From a virus: a DNA stretch of 64,000 nucleotides. Position numbers and translations under genes: made by a program. This document shows positions 56,957-64,000 of this stretch, piece after piece. The notes below the pieces were generated by a model. That model made no database searches. It was not told the origin of the DNA and was given only the letters and a program-made list of their open reading frames with translations. Where the stretch lies: positions 4,480 to 68,479 of the IMG/VR virus record IMGVR_UViG_3300031726_000003. One strand, 5' to 3'. The stretch's first letter is position 1. Each line of letters begins with the position of its first letter.

Positions 56957-57492
56957 GCCACCTCATCAACTATTGCTTCAACATCGGGTTCACCAAGAAG
57001 GCTCCAACCCGGGCATCTCCATATCGTCATAGCAACCCTCAAACAAATCTCCCTCAACGCAGTCCTATCTCCGGGGAGGGCGAGAGCATCTTTAATGCGC
57101 CATGTAGATATAGTTGCTGTGTCGCTACGCCCATCCCATATATGAGACTCCAACGCTTCCCGCAGTTTCAGAATCGTGGCTTCGTGGGAGGCGAGGGTTG
57201 TTACTAGCTTATTGATAGCCTTAACCGGAAGATTCCCTGTTGAGTTGTTCAGCACATCTGCCTTGCGTAAAACATCTTTTATTTCTTCCATGCGTTCAGG
57301 CAAGCCATACCTGTGATGCCACGACCCGCAGTTGCAAGCGGGAATATCGCAATGCACGAACCCAGAACGGAGAAGCACATCCTTCAACTCCGCTATTTCA
57401 GTCTGTTCGGCTGAACCAATGGATTTGACGCTATCCCTTTCGCACCCTGACTTCTTGCAGAATCCTCCGCAACTACTGCATTGTCTTGTCAT
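56950..57492 (-). CDS. Cys-rich mosaic hypothetical protein
   Basis: CSSCGGFCKKSGC and CDIPACNCGSWH motifs; starts at a junction motif. Confidence 0.65.
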   Translation of the reverse strand: MTRQCSSCGGFCKKSGCERDSVKSIGSAEQTEIAELKDVLLRSGFVHCDIPACNCGSWHHRYGLPERMEEIKDVLRKADVLNNSTGNLPVKAINKLVTTLASHEATILKLREALESHIWDGRSDTATISTWRIKDALALPGDRTALREICLRVAMTIWRCPGWSLLGEPDVEAIVDEVAK

Positions 57493-57671
57493 TTCTTATT
57501 CTCCTCTGCCATCTCACGAAGTTCATGCGGGAGCAACCCACATCCACCGTGTTTATCTGCATACTCAGCCGCTTCCTCCAACGCAACCTTCCGGCTGGCT
57601 TGCCATGATTGTTCGGCTGCAACTCTCCCTTGCTTTCGGTAAGTTGTTTTCCACCACTCATCGAATGTCAT
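57489..57671 (-). CDS. MTFDEWW-family small protein, copy 3
   Basis: MTFDEWW...ASRKVALEEAA...AEENKK. Confidence 0.65.
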   Translation of the reverse strand: MTFDEWWKTTYRKQGRVAAEQSWQASRKVALEEAAEYADKHGGCGLLPHELREMAEENKK

Positions 57672-58150
57672 TTCAATTCCTCCGGTATCTCAACCTCATC
57701 GCCTAGCTTGCTGGCGACGTTGCATCTCATGGCCGCGATTAGACTGGTCTCACCTACACCGTGGTGGTGTTTATAGTACCCTGATAGTGTGCCGTCATCC
57801 TTCAGTTCTTTTATTGTGGCTGTCCACTTACCGCTTACGTTCGGGGCAACCCTAATCATCTCTCGCTCGATGATCGGCCCGCCGTGCGCCCAGTCTGTTG
57901 AGTATGCGTAATCCTCTAGATACACAGGGCCGAATTCAACGCGGGGCGGTGTCATAATCCATTTGCTGTTAAACCTGTGCGTGTTTTTCCGTAGATTGGT
58001 AAACCCTTCGCACTTCGCCACCGCCCAATCAAGTGCGGCTCCTTCAAGTTCAGACGTTTTCATTTCTATTGAACTCCATGTGTCTTTAACGCTAGGGCGT
58101 TTAGGTTGTAACTCTGTCTCTCGCAGCACTTTCATCCAATAGTCGCTCAT
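57668..58150 (-). CDS. DUF2591 / NinX-like protein
   Basis: KTSELEGAALDWAVAKCEG, YSTDWAHGGPIIERE, LIAAMRC..ASKLGDEVEIPEEL; core domain begins at ATG 58063. Confidence 0.8.
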   Translation of the reverse strand: MSDYWMKVLRETELQPKRPSVKDTWSSIEMKTSELEGAALDWAVAKCEGFTNLRKNTHRFNSKWIMTPPRVEFGPVYLEDYAYSTDWAHGGPIIEREMIRVAPNVSGKWTATIKELKDDGTLSGYYKHHHGVGETSLIAAMRCNVASKLGDEVEIPEELK

Positions 58151-58362
58151 TCTTTCCTCCCTTCCGCTTCGATGGCGGCGTTGATTGCATCTGCAATTTC
58201 ATCGTGCGTCTTTTCAGGAAAGCATCGCAGCATATTTACATAGAAGGCGGCTTTGATCCTCTCCGCATCCTTCTTCAACTCCGCTATTTCAGCCTTTAGT
58301 TCATCACCAAACTTGATAAGTTCTGTGTCAATCTTTGGTCGGATTGCTTTTATGTTTGTCAT
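58147..58362 (-). CDS. Small hypothetical protein
   Basis: 71 aa; shares AEIAELK and IEAEGR modules with neighbours. Confidence 0.6.
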   Translation of the reverse strand: MTNIKAIRPKIDTELIKFGDELKAEIAELKKDAERIKAAFYVNMLRCFPEKTHDEIADAINAAIEAEGRKE

Positions 58363-58482
58363 TCAATCTCTCCACAATAAGTTTCGCGTCCATCTCTTGC
58401 CAGCAAATAGCTATACGCTGGTTGTCCGGGTTGAGTATGTCGAAGCGTAGCCCTTGACCTGAGCATTTAACGTACCGGTAGG

Positions 58483-58656
58483 TCATTTCTTAATTTCTTC
58501 CCACACATAGACTTCATCTCTTAGTTTATACACTCCGTGCATGCCCTTGGCGTGGGCATCATCTACACAACCGATCATCTTTGGCGGAGCCTTCATTTGC
58601 TTGACTACCAGTTCTCCATCTCTTGGGCCGTTTACATACTTGATCATCACTTCCAT
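58483..58656 (-). CDS. Small hypothetical protein (57 aa)
   Basis: Manual translation MEVMIKYVNGPRDGE...; starts at an exact junction motif. Confidence 0.6.
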   Translation of the reverse strand: MEVMIKYVNGPRDGELVVKQMKAPPKMIGCVDDAHAKGMHGVYKLRDEVYVWEEIKK

Positions 58657-58672
58657 TTCTCATTCTCCTTAG

Positions 58673-58741
58673 TTAAAGTTCACAAGTTTCCTGCCACTGG
58701 TGTTTATTCCCAACTGCATCCACGATCACCACGCTACACGG
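58673..58741 (-). pseudogene. Orphan 3' remnant of the gene ending at 61870
   Basis: 66/69 nt identical to 61870-61938; in-frame TGA just upstream. Confidence 0.75.
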
Positions 58742-58762
58742 CACCCGCTTTTCTCATCCTCC

Positions 58763-59122
58763 TCAGTCCTCTACCCTGCGCCAGCCTTCAGGCGTGTATT
58801 CACGTTGACGGCGAATCTCGTAGTTACCCGGTGGGATAGCAATCGTTTCATGAGTATCGAATGAGCGCAGATGTTCAAGCAATGCCTCGGTGGCGTCTGC
58901 TGCTTCTACCACTTGCAGATAACTAATCATCGGGTCTCCAGTGGAGTACAGCTTGACGTTCGGCGATTCTTTGATAACGTGGTCATGACCTGTTTCCGAG
59001 TGGGCTACAACAAACTTTCCACGTTCAGATGCTACTGGCTTGGCATCTTTCGGCAGTGCATCAATCCTGCGGATTATCAAGTCGCCCTGTGCTGCACAAT
59101 TCTTGAATGTCTTCATCTTCAT
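58763..59122 (-). CDS. His-rich partner of the DUF6745-like protein
   Basis: QGDL, AHSETGHDH, HETIAIPPGNYEIRRQREY. Confidence 0.75.
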   Translation of the reverse strand: MKMKTFKNCAAQGDLIIRRIDALPKDAKPVASERGKFVVAHSETGHDHVIKESPNVKLYSTGDPMISYLQVVEAADATEALLEHLRSFDTHETIAIPPGNYEIRRQREYTPEGWRRVED

Positions 59123-59128
59123 TCTCCT

Positions 59129-61009
59129 TTATGTACGAATTTCAGGCTTGAAGTGCTTTGTGTCTTCAATCCCAAATGTCCAAGCGTTTGCGTGTATTGC
59201 TGTCTTGCACTTCCTATCTACGGGTAAAACAAATGTGCGACCCGTTCCGCAACGTACTTGCAGGAATCTCTCCTTGCCTGAGTCTGGAATATCCGCCTCA
59301 AGTAGCGTGCCGATTTCAGGATCGCCGTCTTCGTCGATCACCGTGGCGTTGAGTTCAGCGAGGATGTTGTTCCACCCAACCAGTTCGCACGCAACCCGAC
59401 GCTGCTCGATATTGGCCCACGTCAACGCTTCCGATGCAGATGGCTTCTGCCCGGTTACCCACTCTTTAGGGATGGAAACACCATGCCAGTGGTGTAACTC
59501 AAAACCCTTCCATGCTATCGACGCGCCGTTCTCACAATGTAATCTGCCATTCGCGTCGCGCTTTATCCTATGTGGACGCTGACAGACCATGATAAATTTC
59601 GCGTGTGGATACCAGAAACTGACAGACGAATTGATGGTTTCAAAGCAGGCCATACGAGCCATTATGTTTTCTGGGAGTTCCAGCCCGCACACATCCCGAA
59701 AATAGGTTACATATGCGTTACCCCAATACCATCCACCTACATTAAATTGACCACCTAGGTACTTGTGATACTCCTGTTCAACTAATTCCCGCACTTTTGC
59801 ACCATCGACAGCATTACCGACAGCACCACGGACAGCAACACGGACAGTATCACGGACAGTATCACCGATAGCCCTATCTACAGCACCATCGACATCCCCA
59901 CTTACAGCCCTATCGACAGCCCTATCGACAGCCCTACCGACAGCACCACCGACAGCCTCACTGACAGCAACACTTACAGCACCACTGACAGCATCACGGA
60001 CATCCCTACGGACAGGGACACCGACAGCATTACCGACAACATTACCGACAGCACCATAGACAGCACCACTGACAGCATCACTGACAGCATCACGGACAGC
60101 CTCACTGACAGCACCACTTACAGCATCACTGACATCCCTACCGACAGCCCCACTGACAGCCCCACCGACAGCATCACCGACAGCCTCACCGACAGTCTCA
60201 CCGACAGCAACACTTACAGCACCACTTACAGCATCACTGACATCCCTACGGACAGCATTACGGACAGGGACACCGACAGCATCACTGACAGTCTCACTGA
60301 CATCCCTACGGACAGCAACACCGACAGCATCACTGACAGCCCCATCGACGGCCCCACTGACAGCCCCACCGACAGCATCACGGACAGGGCCACTGACAGC
60401 CCTATCGACAGCCACACCGACAGCATCACCGACAGCCCCACCGACAGCACCATAGACAGCATCACTGACATCCCTACGGACAGCACCACTTACAGCATCA
60501 TTTACAGCCCTATCGACAGCATCACCGACAGCATTACCGACAGCACCACCGACAGCCTCATAGACAGCACTACTGACAGTATCATCGGCAGCCTCACTGA
60601 CAGCACCATAGACAGCATCACTGACAGCCCCATCGACAGCATTACGGACAGCATCACTGACATCCCTACGGACAGCATCACCGATAGCATCACCGACAGC
60701 ACCACTGACAGCACCACTGACAGCACTACTGACAGCATCACGGACAGCAACACTTACAGCACCACGGACAGCATCACCGCCCAGCATAAATCCTGCGATA
60801 GGCGCAGCTAGAGCCATCACCAGCGGGTTATCGACATGGACAATATTTCCATGCCATTCCAATTTGGCAAATTCATACGCCTGCTTTGCTGCTATCTCAA
60901 ATGATTCAAAATCTGCCGGTTCGGTGGAAAGACCAACGTCAACCCATTTCTTGACCCAGACGGGAAACATTGCTTCCTGCTCAGGTGTTAATTTATCTAT
61001 ACGTTTCAT
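59129..61009 (-). CDS. DUF6745-like protein with a very long VxxA tetrapeptide repeat
   Basis: GRLHCENGASIAW...HHWHGV, NIEQRR motifs; central repeat. Confidence 0.8.
   Translation of the reverse strand: MKRIDKLTPEQEAMFPVWVKKWVDVGLSTEPADFESFEIAAKQAYEFAKLEWHGNIVHVDNPLVMALAAPIAGFMLGGDAVRGAVSVAVRDAVSSAVSGAVSGAVGDAIGDAVRRDVSDAVRNAVDGAVSDAVYGAVSEAADDTVSSAVYEAVGGAVGNAVGDAVDRAVNDAVSGAVRRDVSDAVYGAVGGAVGDAVGVAVDRAVSGPVRDAVGGAVSGAVDGAVSDAVGVAVRRDVSETVSDAVGVPVRNAVRRDVSDAVSGAVSVAVGETVGEAVGDAVGGAVSGAVGRDVSDAVSGAVSEAVRDAVSDAVSGAVYGAVGNVVGNAVGVPVRRDVRDAVSGAVSVAVSEAVGGAVGRAVDRAVDRAVSGDVDGAVDRAIGDTVRDTVRVAVRGAVGNAVDGAKVRELVEQEYHKYLGGQFNVGGWYWGNAYVTYFRDVCGLELPENIMARMACFETINSSVSFWYPHAKFIMVCQRPHRIKRDANGRLHCENGASIAWKGFELHHWHGVSIPKEWVTGQKPSASEALTWANIEQRRVACELVGWNNILAELNATVIDEDGDPEIGTLLEADIPDSGKERFLQVRCGTGRTFVLPVDRKCKTAIHANAWTFGIEDTKHFKPEIRT
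59800..60778. repeat. Degenerate 12-nt tandem repeat (about 80 units, + strand consensus GACAGCATCACN)
   Basis: Visible period-12 array encoding V-[SGRDY]-[DGEVNR]-A. Confidence 0.95.
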
Positions 61010-61350
61010 TTCTCATTCTCCTTCGTATCTGCCTGAACTTCTTGGCTTGCAGGCGCATCTTTCTCCACATCTCTAGGTAGGTAACGTAAAAGCTGCGTTT
61101 CATTTCTCATCCTCCCTTCCGCTTCTATAAGGTCCCTAATGTCATCACAAATATAGCTGGCTCGCTCTGGGCATTCAGGTTGTGCTGCGTGGTTCCTTGC
61201 TATAGCTAATGCTTCGGTCAGCGCTACCAGCCTGCACTCGGCTAGTAGCGACTTCAACTCTGCTATTTCAGCTTGTGCGGCAGAGAGTTGGGCGCGTAGA
61301 GTTTCTTCTTCTGTTTCACACATATCACTGGCGTCTAAAAATATTCTCAT
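61006..61350 (-). CDS. Hypothetical cassette protein
   Basis: Bounded by exact junction motifs; ends ENEK. Confidence 0.6.
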   Translation of the reverse strand: MRIFLDASDMCETEEETLRAQLSAAQAEIAELKSLLAECRLVALTEALAIARNHAAQPECPERASYICDDIRDLIEAEGRMRNETQLLRYLPRDVEKDAPASQEVQADTKENEK

Positions 61351-61571
61351 TTCTCATTCTCCTCTGCCCTTACCTTTAAGTTCAACGCCATACCTTTAAG
61401 CTCCAACACAGCATGGTTTACAACTGCTTCTTCAGCAGCTTTATCGTACACTTCAGACGCTTCCAATAGTGTAGCCTTGCGGCTGGCGTTCCATGCCGCT
61501 TCTGCAACGTCTCTATATATAGAACGCCGCGCACAGAAGTCCGTAGACCACCACCAATCCCCAAATGTCAT
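61347..61571 (-). CDS. MTF(G/D)xWW-family small protein, copy 4
   Basis: MTFGDWWW...AWNASRKATLLEA...AEENEK. Confidence 0.65.
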   Translation of the reverse strand: MTFGDWWWSTDFCARRSIYRDVAEAAWNASRKATLLEASEVYDKAAEEAVVNHAVLELKGMALNLKVRAEENEK

Positions 61572-61635
61572 TTCTCATTCTCCTATAGTAAGTGCCGCTT
61601 ACGATTATGCGGCGCAGGTGTTGATGCTGTTGCTG

Positions 61636-61857
61636 TCAGACCTTTCGGGCGTAGCCCCTGCCGATTTTCGATACAACTTCTGCCTTGCTTTGATGCAGTG
61701 CACATAAAAATTCTCTGTATGCAGCTAAAGCCCTTACCCCAAAATCATCTTTTCGGCTTTCGAGTTCCTTGATTTTGGCAAGCAGTTTTATCTCAGCTTC
61801 CTTATGCCTGACAAGGTCTGCATTGACGCCGTTAGCCTTCTTCCAAAAATAGCTCAT
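61636..61857 (-). CDS. Small hypothetical protein
   Basis: Starts at an exact junction motif. Confidence 0.6.
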   Translation of the reverse strand: MSYFWKKANGVNADLVRHKEAEIKLLAKIKELESRKDDFGVRALAAYREFLCALHQSKAEVVSKIGRGYARKV

Positions 61858-61869
61858 TTCTCATTCTCC

Positions 61870-62046
61870 TTAAAGTTCACAAGTCTCTTGCCACTGGTGT
61901 TTATTCCCAACAGCATCCACGATCACCACGCTACACGGAACTTTCTTTGGGACGGTCAGTTTTCCGGCAACGAATCCCGCTGCCATCGCCAAGACTATCG
62001 AGACTGCGGTTACCCACACGGCGAAACTGCTGTCGCTGGGTATCAT
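61870..62046 (-). CDS. Small membrane protein
   Basis: MIPSDSSFAVWVTAVSIVLAMAAGFVAG TM segment; ATGA overlap. Confidence 0.6.
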   Translation of the reverse strand: MIPSDSSFAVWVTAVSIVLAMAAGFVAGKLTVPKKVPCSVVIVDAVGNKHQWQETCEL

Positions 62047-62648
62047 TTTGTGACCTGCTGCATTCCGTATGTGAACCCGCCTCCTCCTGCTCCATGCCCC
62101 CCTTGGCTGGTACGAAGGTCGAAAATATCTGATCCTGTCCATTGTCCCTGATTAGTTTGAACGCTTGGTTCAGCCACTTGGGGCGCTTTGAACTGCTTGT
62201 TGTATTGGTCAATTGTGAATATTCCCTTATACAATTCGCTGAGATTAAACTCGTAAGTGTTGAGTTTGTTTTCCAGTTCAATCACTCGCTTCTGCGCCAA
62301 CTCCAACGCTGCCTTGTAGTCCTCTTGCGGCTGTTCCGATTTATGTTCGTATCTACGAACAAGTGCTTCAAGGTTCTGAATGTGGGACTGTGCTTTTTCG
62401 AGGGCTATCAGGTTCCTTGTATGAACTGTCTGAAGTTTCTCAAGCTCTGCTATTTTGGATAACGATTTTTCAAGTTCTATCCATGCCTTGTTGAGAGCTG
62501 TTATGTATTCAGGCGAGTCTATCTTCGGCTGACCGCAGGGTTCCCAATGGATAGGCCAGATTGATCCAGACTCACACAATGTTGCTGCATCATGCACTGT
62601 GGCTACGGATACGTCCGTATGGTTCGTGATCTTGATGAGCAGGCTCAT
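62043..62648 (-). CDS. Coiled-coil hypothetical protein
   Basis: 201 aa with heptad repeats; GGGAG RBS. Confidence 0.65.
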   Translation of the reverse strand: MSLLIKITNHTDVSVATVHDAATLCESGSIWPIHWEPCGQPKIDSPEYITALNKAWIELEKSLSKIAELEKLQTVHTRNLIALEKAQSHIQNLEALVRRYEHKSEQPQEDYKAALELAQKRVIELENKLNTYEFNLSELYKGIFTIDQYNKQFKAPQVAEPSVQTNQGQWTGSDIFDLRTSQGGHGAGGGGFTYGMQQVTK

Positions 62649-62676
62649 GACATGATCTCCCTTTGAATGGTTTGCT

Positions 62677-62730
62677 GTGGTGGTGGTGGTGGTGGTGGTG
62701 GTGGTGGTGGTGGTGGTGGTGGTGGTGGTG
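62677..62730. repeat. Perfect (GTG)18 microsatellite, intergenic
   Basis: 54 nt of uninterrupted GTG. Confidence 0.95.
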
Positions 62731-62740
62731 AAACGAGTGC

Positions 62741-63544
62741 TTACCCGAACTTCTGTCTATAGAATTTCAGTGGTGACTCTCCTGCAGTTACACTGTAGTT
62801 ACATGGGCCGCCTTTGTCGGACCTGAAGCTGCACCATTTACATGTGTGCACTGTGGGATTCGCCGGGAATGTTGTGGCTGTGAGCATCTTCTCAGCGCGC
62901 TTATGGAACGTCTGCACGTGGCGCAGCGCCTCCATACGTGTGTATTCCTGCTTGGTGATGTCGTCCTTGTCCAGATACCATAGCTCGACAGTCACGTGCT
63001 TTACATCAGGATTACGTATGAACGTGGCTATGGCATACAGTTGTACCTGCTCGCCGTGCTTGATCTCATTACCGTCTTTACGGCCTGTTTTGTAGTCAAT
63101 GACTACGGCGGTAGTAGAAGATGTGTGAGCAACTGCGTCGCCTTTCACACGCAGCCATGCGCCTTTATAAGGTGCTGGTGTCCACTCGTTATCGAACCCC
63201 CATTCGCCTTCAAGGCTGACCTTGTTATCGAGGTGCATGTCGCGTAGTTTCTCGAACTCTTGCTCGAATGCTTTTAGTCCTGCAGGCAGTGTCTTTGTGG
63301 TGCCACATACAAAGTCTTCGGCTTGCAGATGCGTGGCTGTACCACGTTCAGCAGCAGGGTGTTGAATTTCGGGAATCTTGTCTACATGCTTGAGTTTCGC
63401 CCTGAGAGGGCATGCTTCATAGTCCAGAAGCCGGGAATAAGACCATGTGTTGATACGCTGTGCTTCGGGATGGCTGAGTGACATAGTATCGTTGTGCTCT
63501 GTGAAGTTTCGAGGATCACAGGATACTATGGGCAGCTTAGCCAT
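62741..63544 (-). CDS. PD-(D/E)xK exonuclease (Cas4/RecB-like)
   Basis: WSYSRL...CP, RGTATH, KGD...IDYKTG, QVQLYA, CKWCSF...C. Confidence 0.88.
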   Translation of the reverse strand: MAKLPIVSCDPRNFTEHNDTMSLSHPEAQRINTWSYSRLLDYEACPLRAKLKHVDKIPEIQHPAAERGTATHLQAEDFVCGTTKTLPAGLKAFEQEFEKLRDMHLDNKVSLEGEWGFDNEWTPAPYKGAWLRVKGDAVAHTSSTTAVVIDYKTGRKDGNEIKHGEQVQLYAIATFIRNPDVKHVTVELWYLDKDDITKQEYTRMEALRHVQTFHKRAEKMLTATTFPANPTVHTCKWCSFRSDKGGPCNYSVTAGESPLKFYRQKFG

Positions 63545-63545
63545 G

Positions 63546-63968
63546 TCAATGATAGTGCGTGCGTGGCACAGAGGTGTGGATGGGGGTAGGGGCGGAGGCA
63601 GAGGCGGAGGCAGAGGCGGCGGAGGTGTCGTCGTTCGCAGGGGTTTCCTTGCGTAGCATTATGGCGTGTATGTCAGCTTGAAACACGTCGAAGAGCTTGT
63701 CTACCAACTCCCTGTCCATGTGCGGGTCCATCTTGATCTGCAACATACTCATCATCTCTGAAGTGACGAGCACGATACCGTCGACGATTACAGCACAGCT
63801 CTCCGGCGGCATTCCGGCTTCGGCGCACACCATAACAGTAACGTAGTTCAAAGTCTTGATGTGATGCAGCAAGACTATCAATCCTGCAATATCAGGGCCG
63901 TGGGTTTTCTCGATAGCGTCTATCAGCGCTGTAACTTCAGCTACAGCGACGTGAGATGTGATGATCAT
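63546..63968 (-). CDS. Hypothetical protein with low-complexity SASASA tail
   Basis: 140-aa ORF; GAGGA RBS. Confidence 0.55.
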   Translation of the reverse strand: MIITSHVAVAEVTALIDAIEKTHGPDIAGLIVLLHHIKTLNYVTVMVCAEAGMPPESCAVIVDGIVLVTSEMMSMLQIKMDPHMDRELVDKLFDVFQADIHAIMLRKETPANDDTSAASASASASAPTPIHTSVPRTHYH

Positions 63969-64000
63969 GATGTGGGGTCCTCGCCGGGTAAGTGTAAGGG

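Larger units (their letters stand above)
56181..61870 (-). repeat. Dispersed 16-nt RBS/start junction AGGAGAATGAGAAATG
   Basis: Exact at 58654, 61007, 61348, 61569, 61855; one mismatch at 56181 and 57490; two mismatches at 61101. Confidence 0.9.

Noticed and set aside
59800-60778. CRISPR array, or the overlapping MLSV-repeat ORFs at 60226-60489 and 60502-60753
   Set aside because: Contiguous 12-nt coding repeat without spacers; the alternative ORFs are frame shadows of the VxxA repeat
62672-62690. E. coli Chi site at the edge of the GTG tract
   Set aside because: Sequence is GCTGTGGTGG, not GCTGGTGG
62741-63544. Cas4 as part of a CRISPR system
   Set aside because: Solo Cas4/RecB-like exonucleases are routine in phage replication modules; no cas1/cas2 or array present
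1-64000. tRNA, rRNA, integrase or transposase genes
   Set aside because: None recognised by eye; tRNAscan-SE and HMM searches would be needed to exclude them formally

Overview
The window is a roughly 64 kb part of a tailed dsDNA phage genome with a podovirus-like layout, probably from a Proteobacteria-type Gram-negative host (it has a spanin pair and sigma70-like promoters). A divergent control region at about 1480-1790 separates a short minus-strand block (1-1475) from a plus-strand virion arm (1795-44692). That arm holds TerS, TerL, an extra 741-aa gene, a P22-like portal, scaffold, a DUF4043/N4-gp56-type major capsid protein, head completion genes, an embedded lysis cassette, a large fibre/adhesin cluster, a nozzle-like gene, three internal/ejection proteins (one of 2767 aa) and a second receptor-binding cassette. 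A convergent minus-strand arm (44855-63968) carries DUF932, a HicA-like gene, a PD-(D/E)xK resolvase-like gene, DUF6378, an SSB-like gene, a family A DNA polymerase, an SNF2-like helicase, a mosaic of small repeat-linked genes, a DUF6745-like tetrapeptide-repeat protein and a Cas4/RecB-like nuclease. The signals most worth following up are: (i) a 16-nt RBS/start junction repeated at least 7 times that delimits small gene cassettes built from duplicated parts; (ii) a structured capsid leader made of three repeated two-hairpin units; (iii) an exact 45-nt intergenic copy of a coding segment flanked by direct repeats; (iv) three tandem polyglycine adhesin paralogues next to repeat 'backbone' proteins; (v) a perfect intergenic (GTG)18 tract. 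No integrase, reverse transcriptase, tRNA or CRISPR array was recognised. All family assignments come from motif recognition by eye, not database searches.
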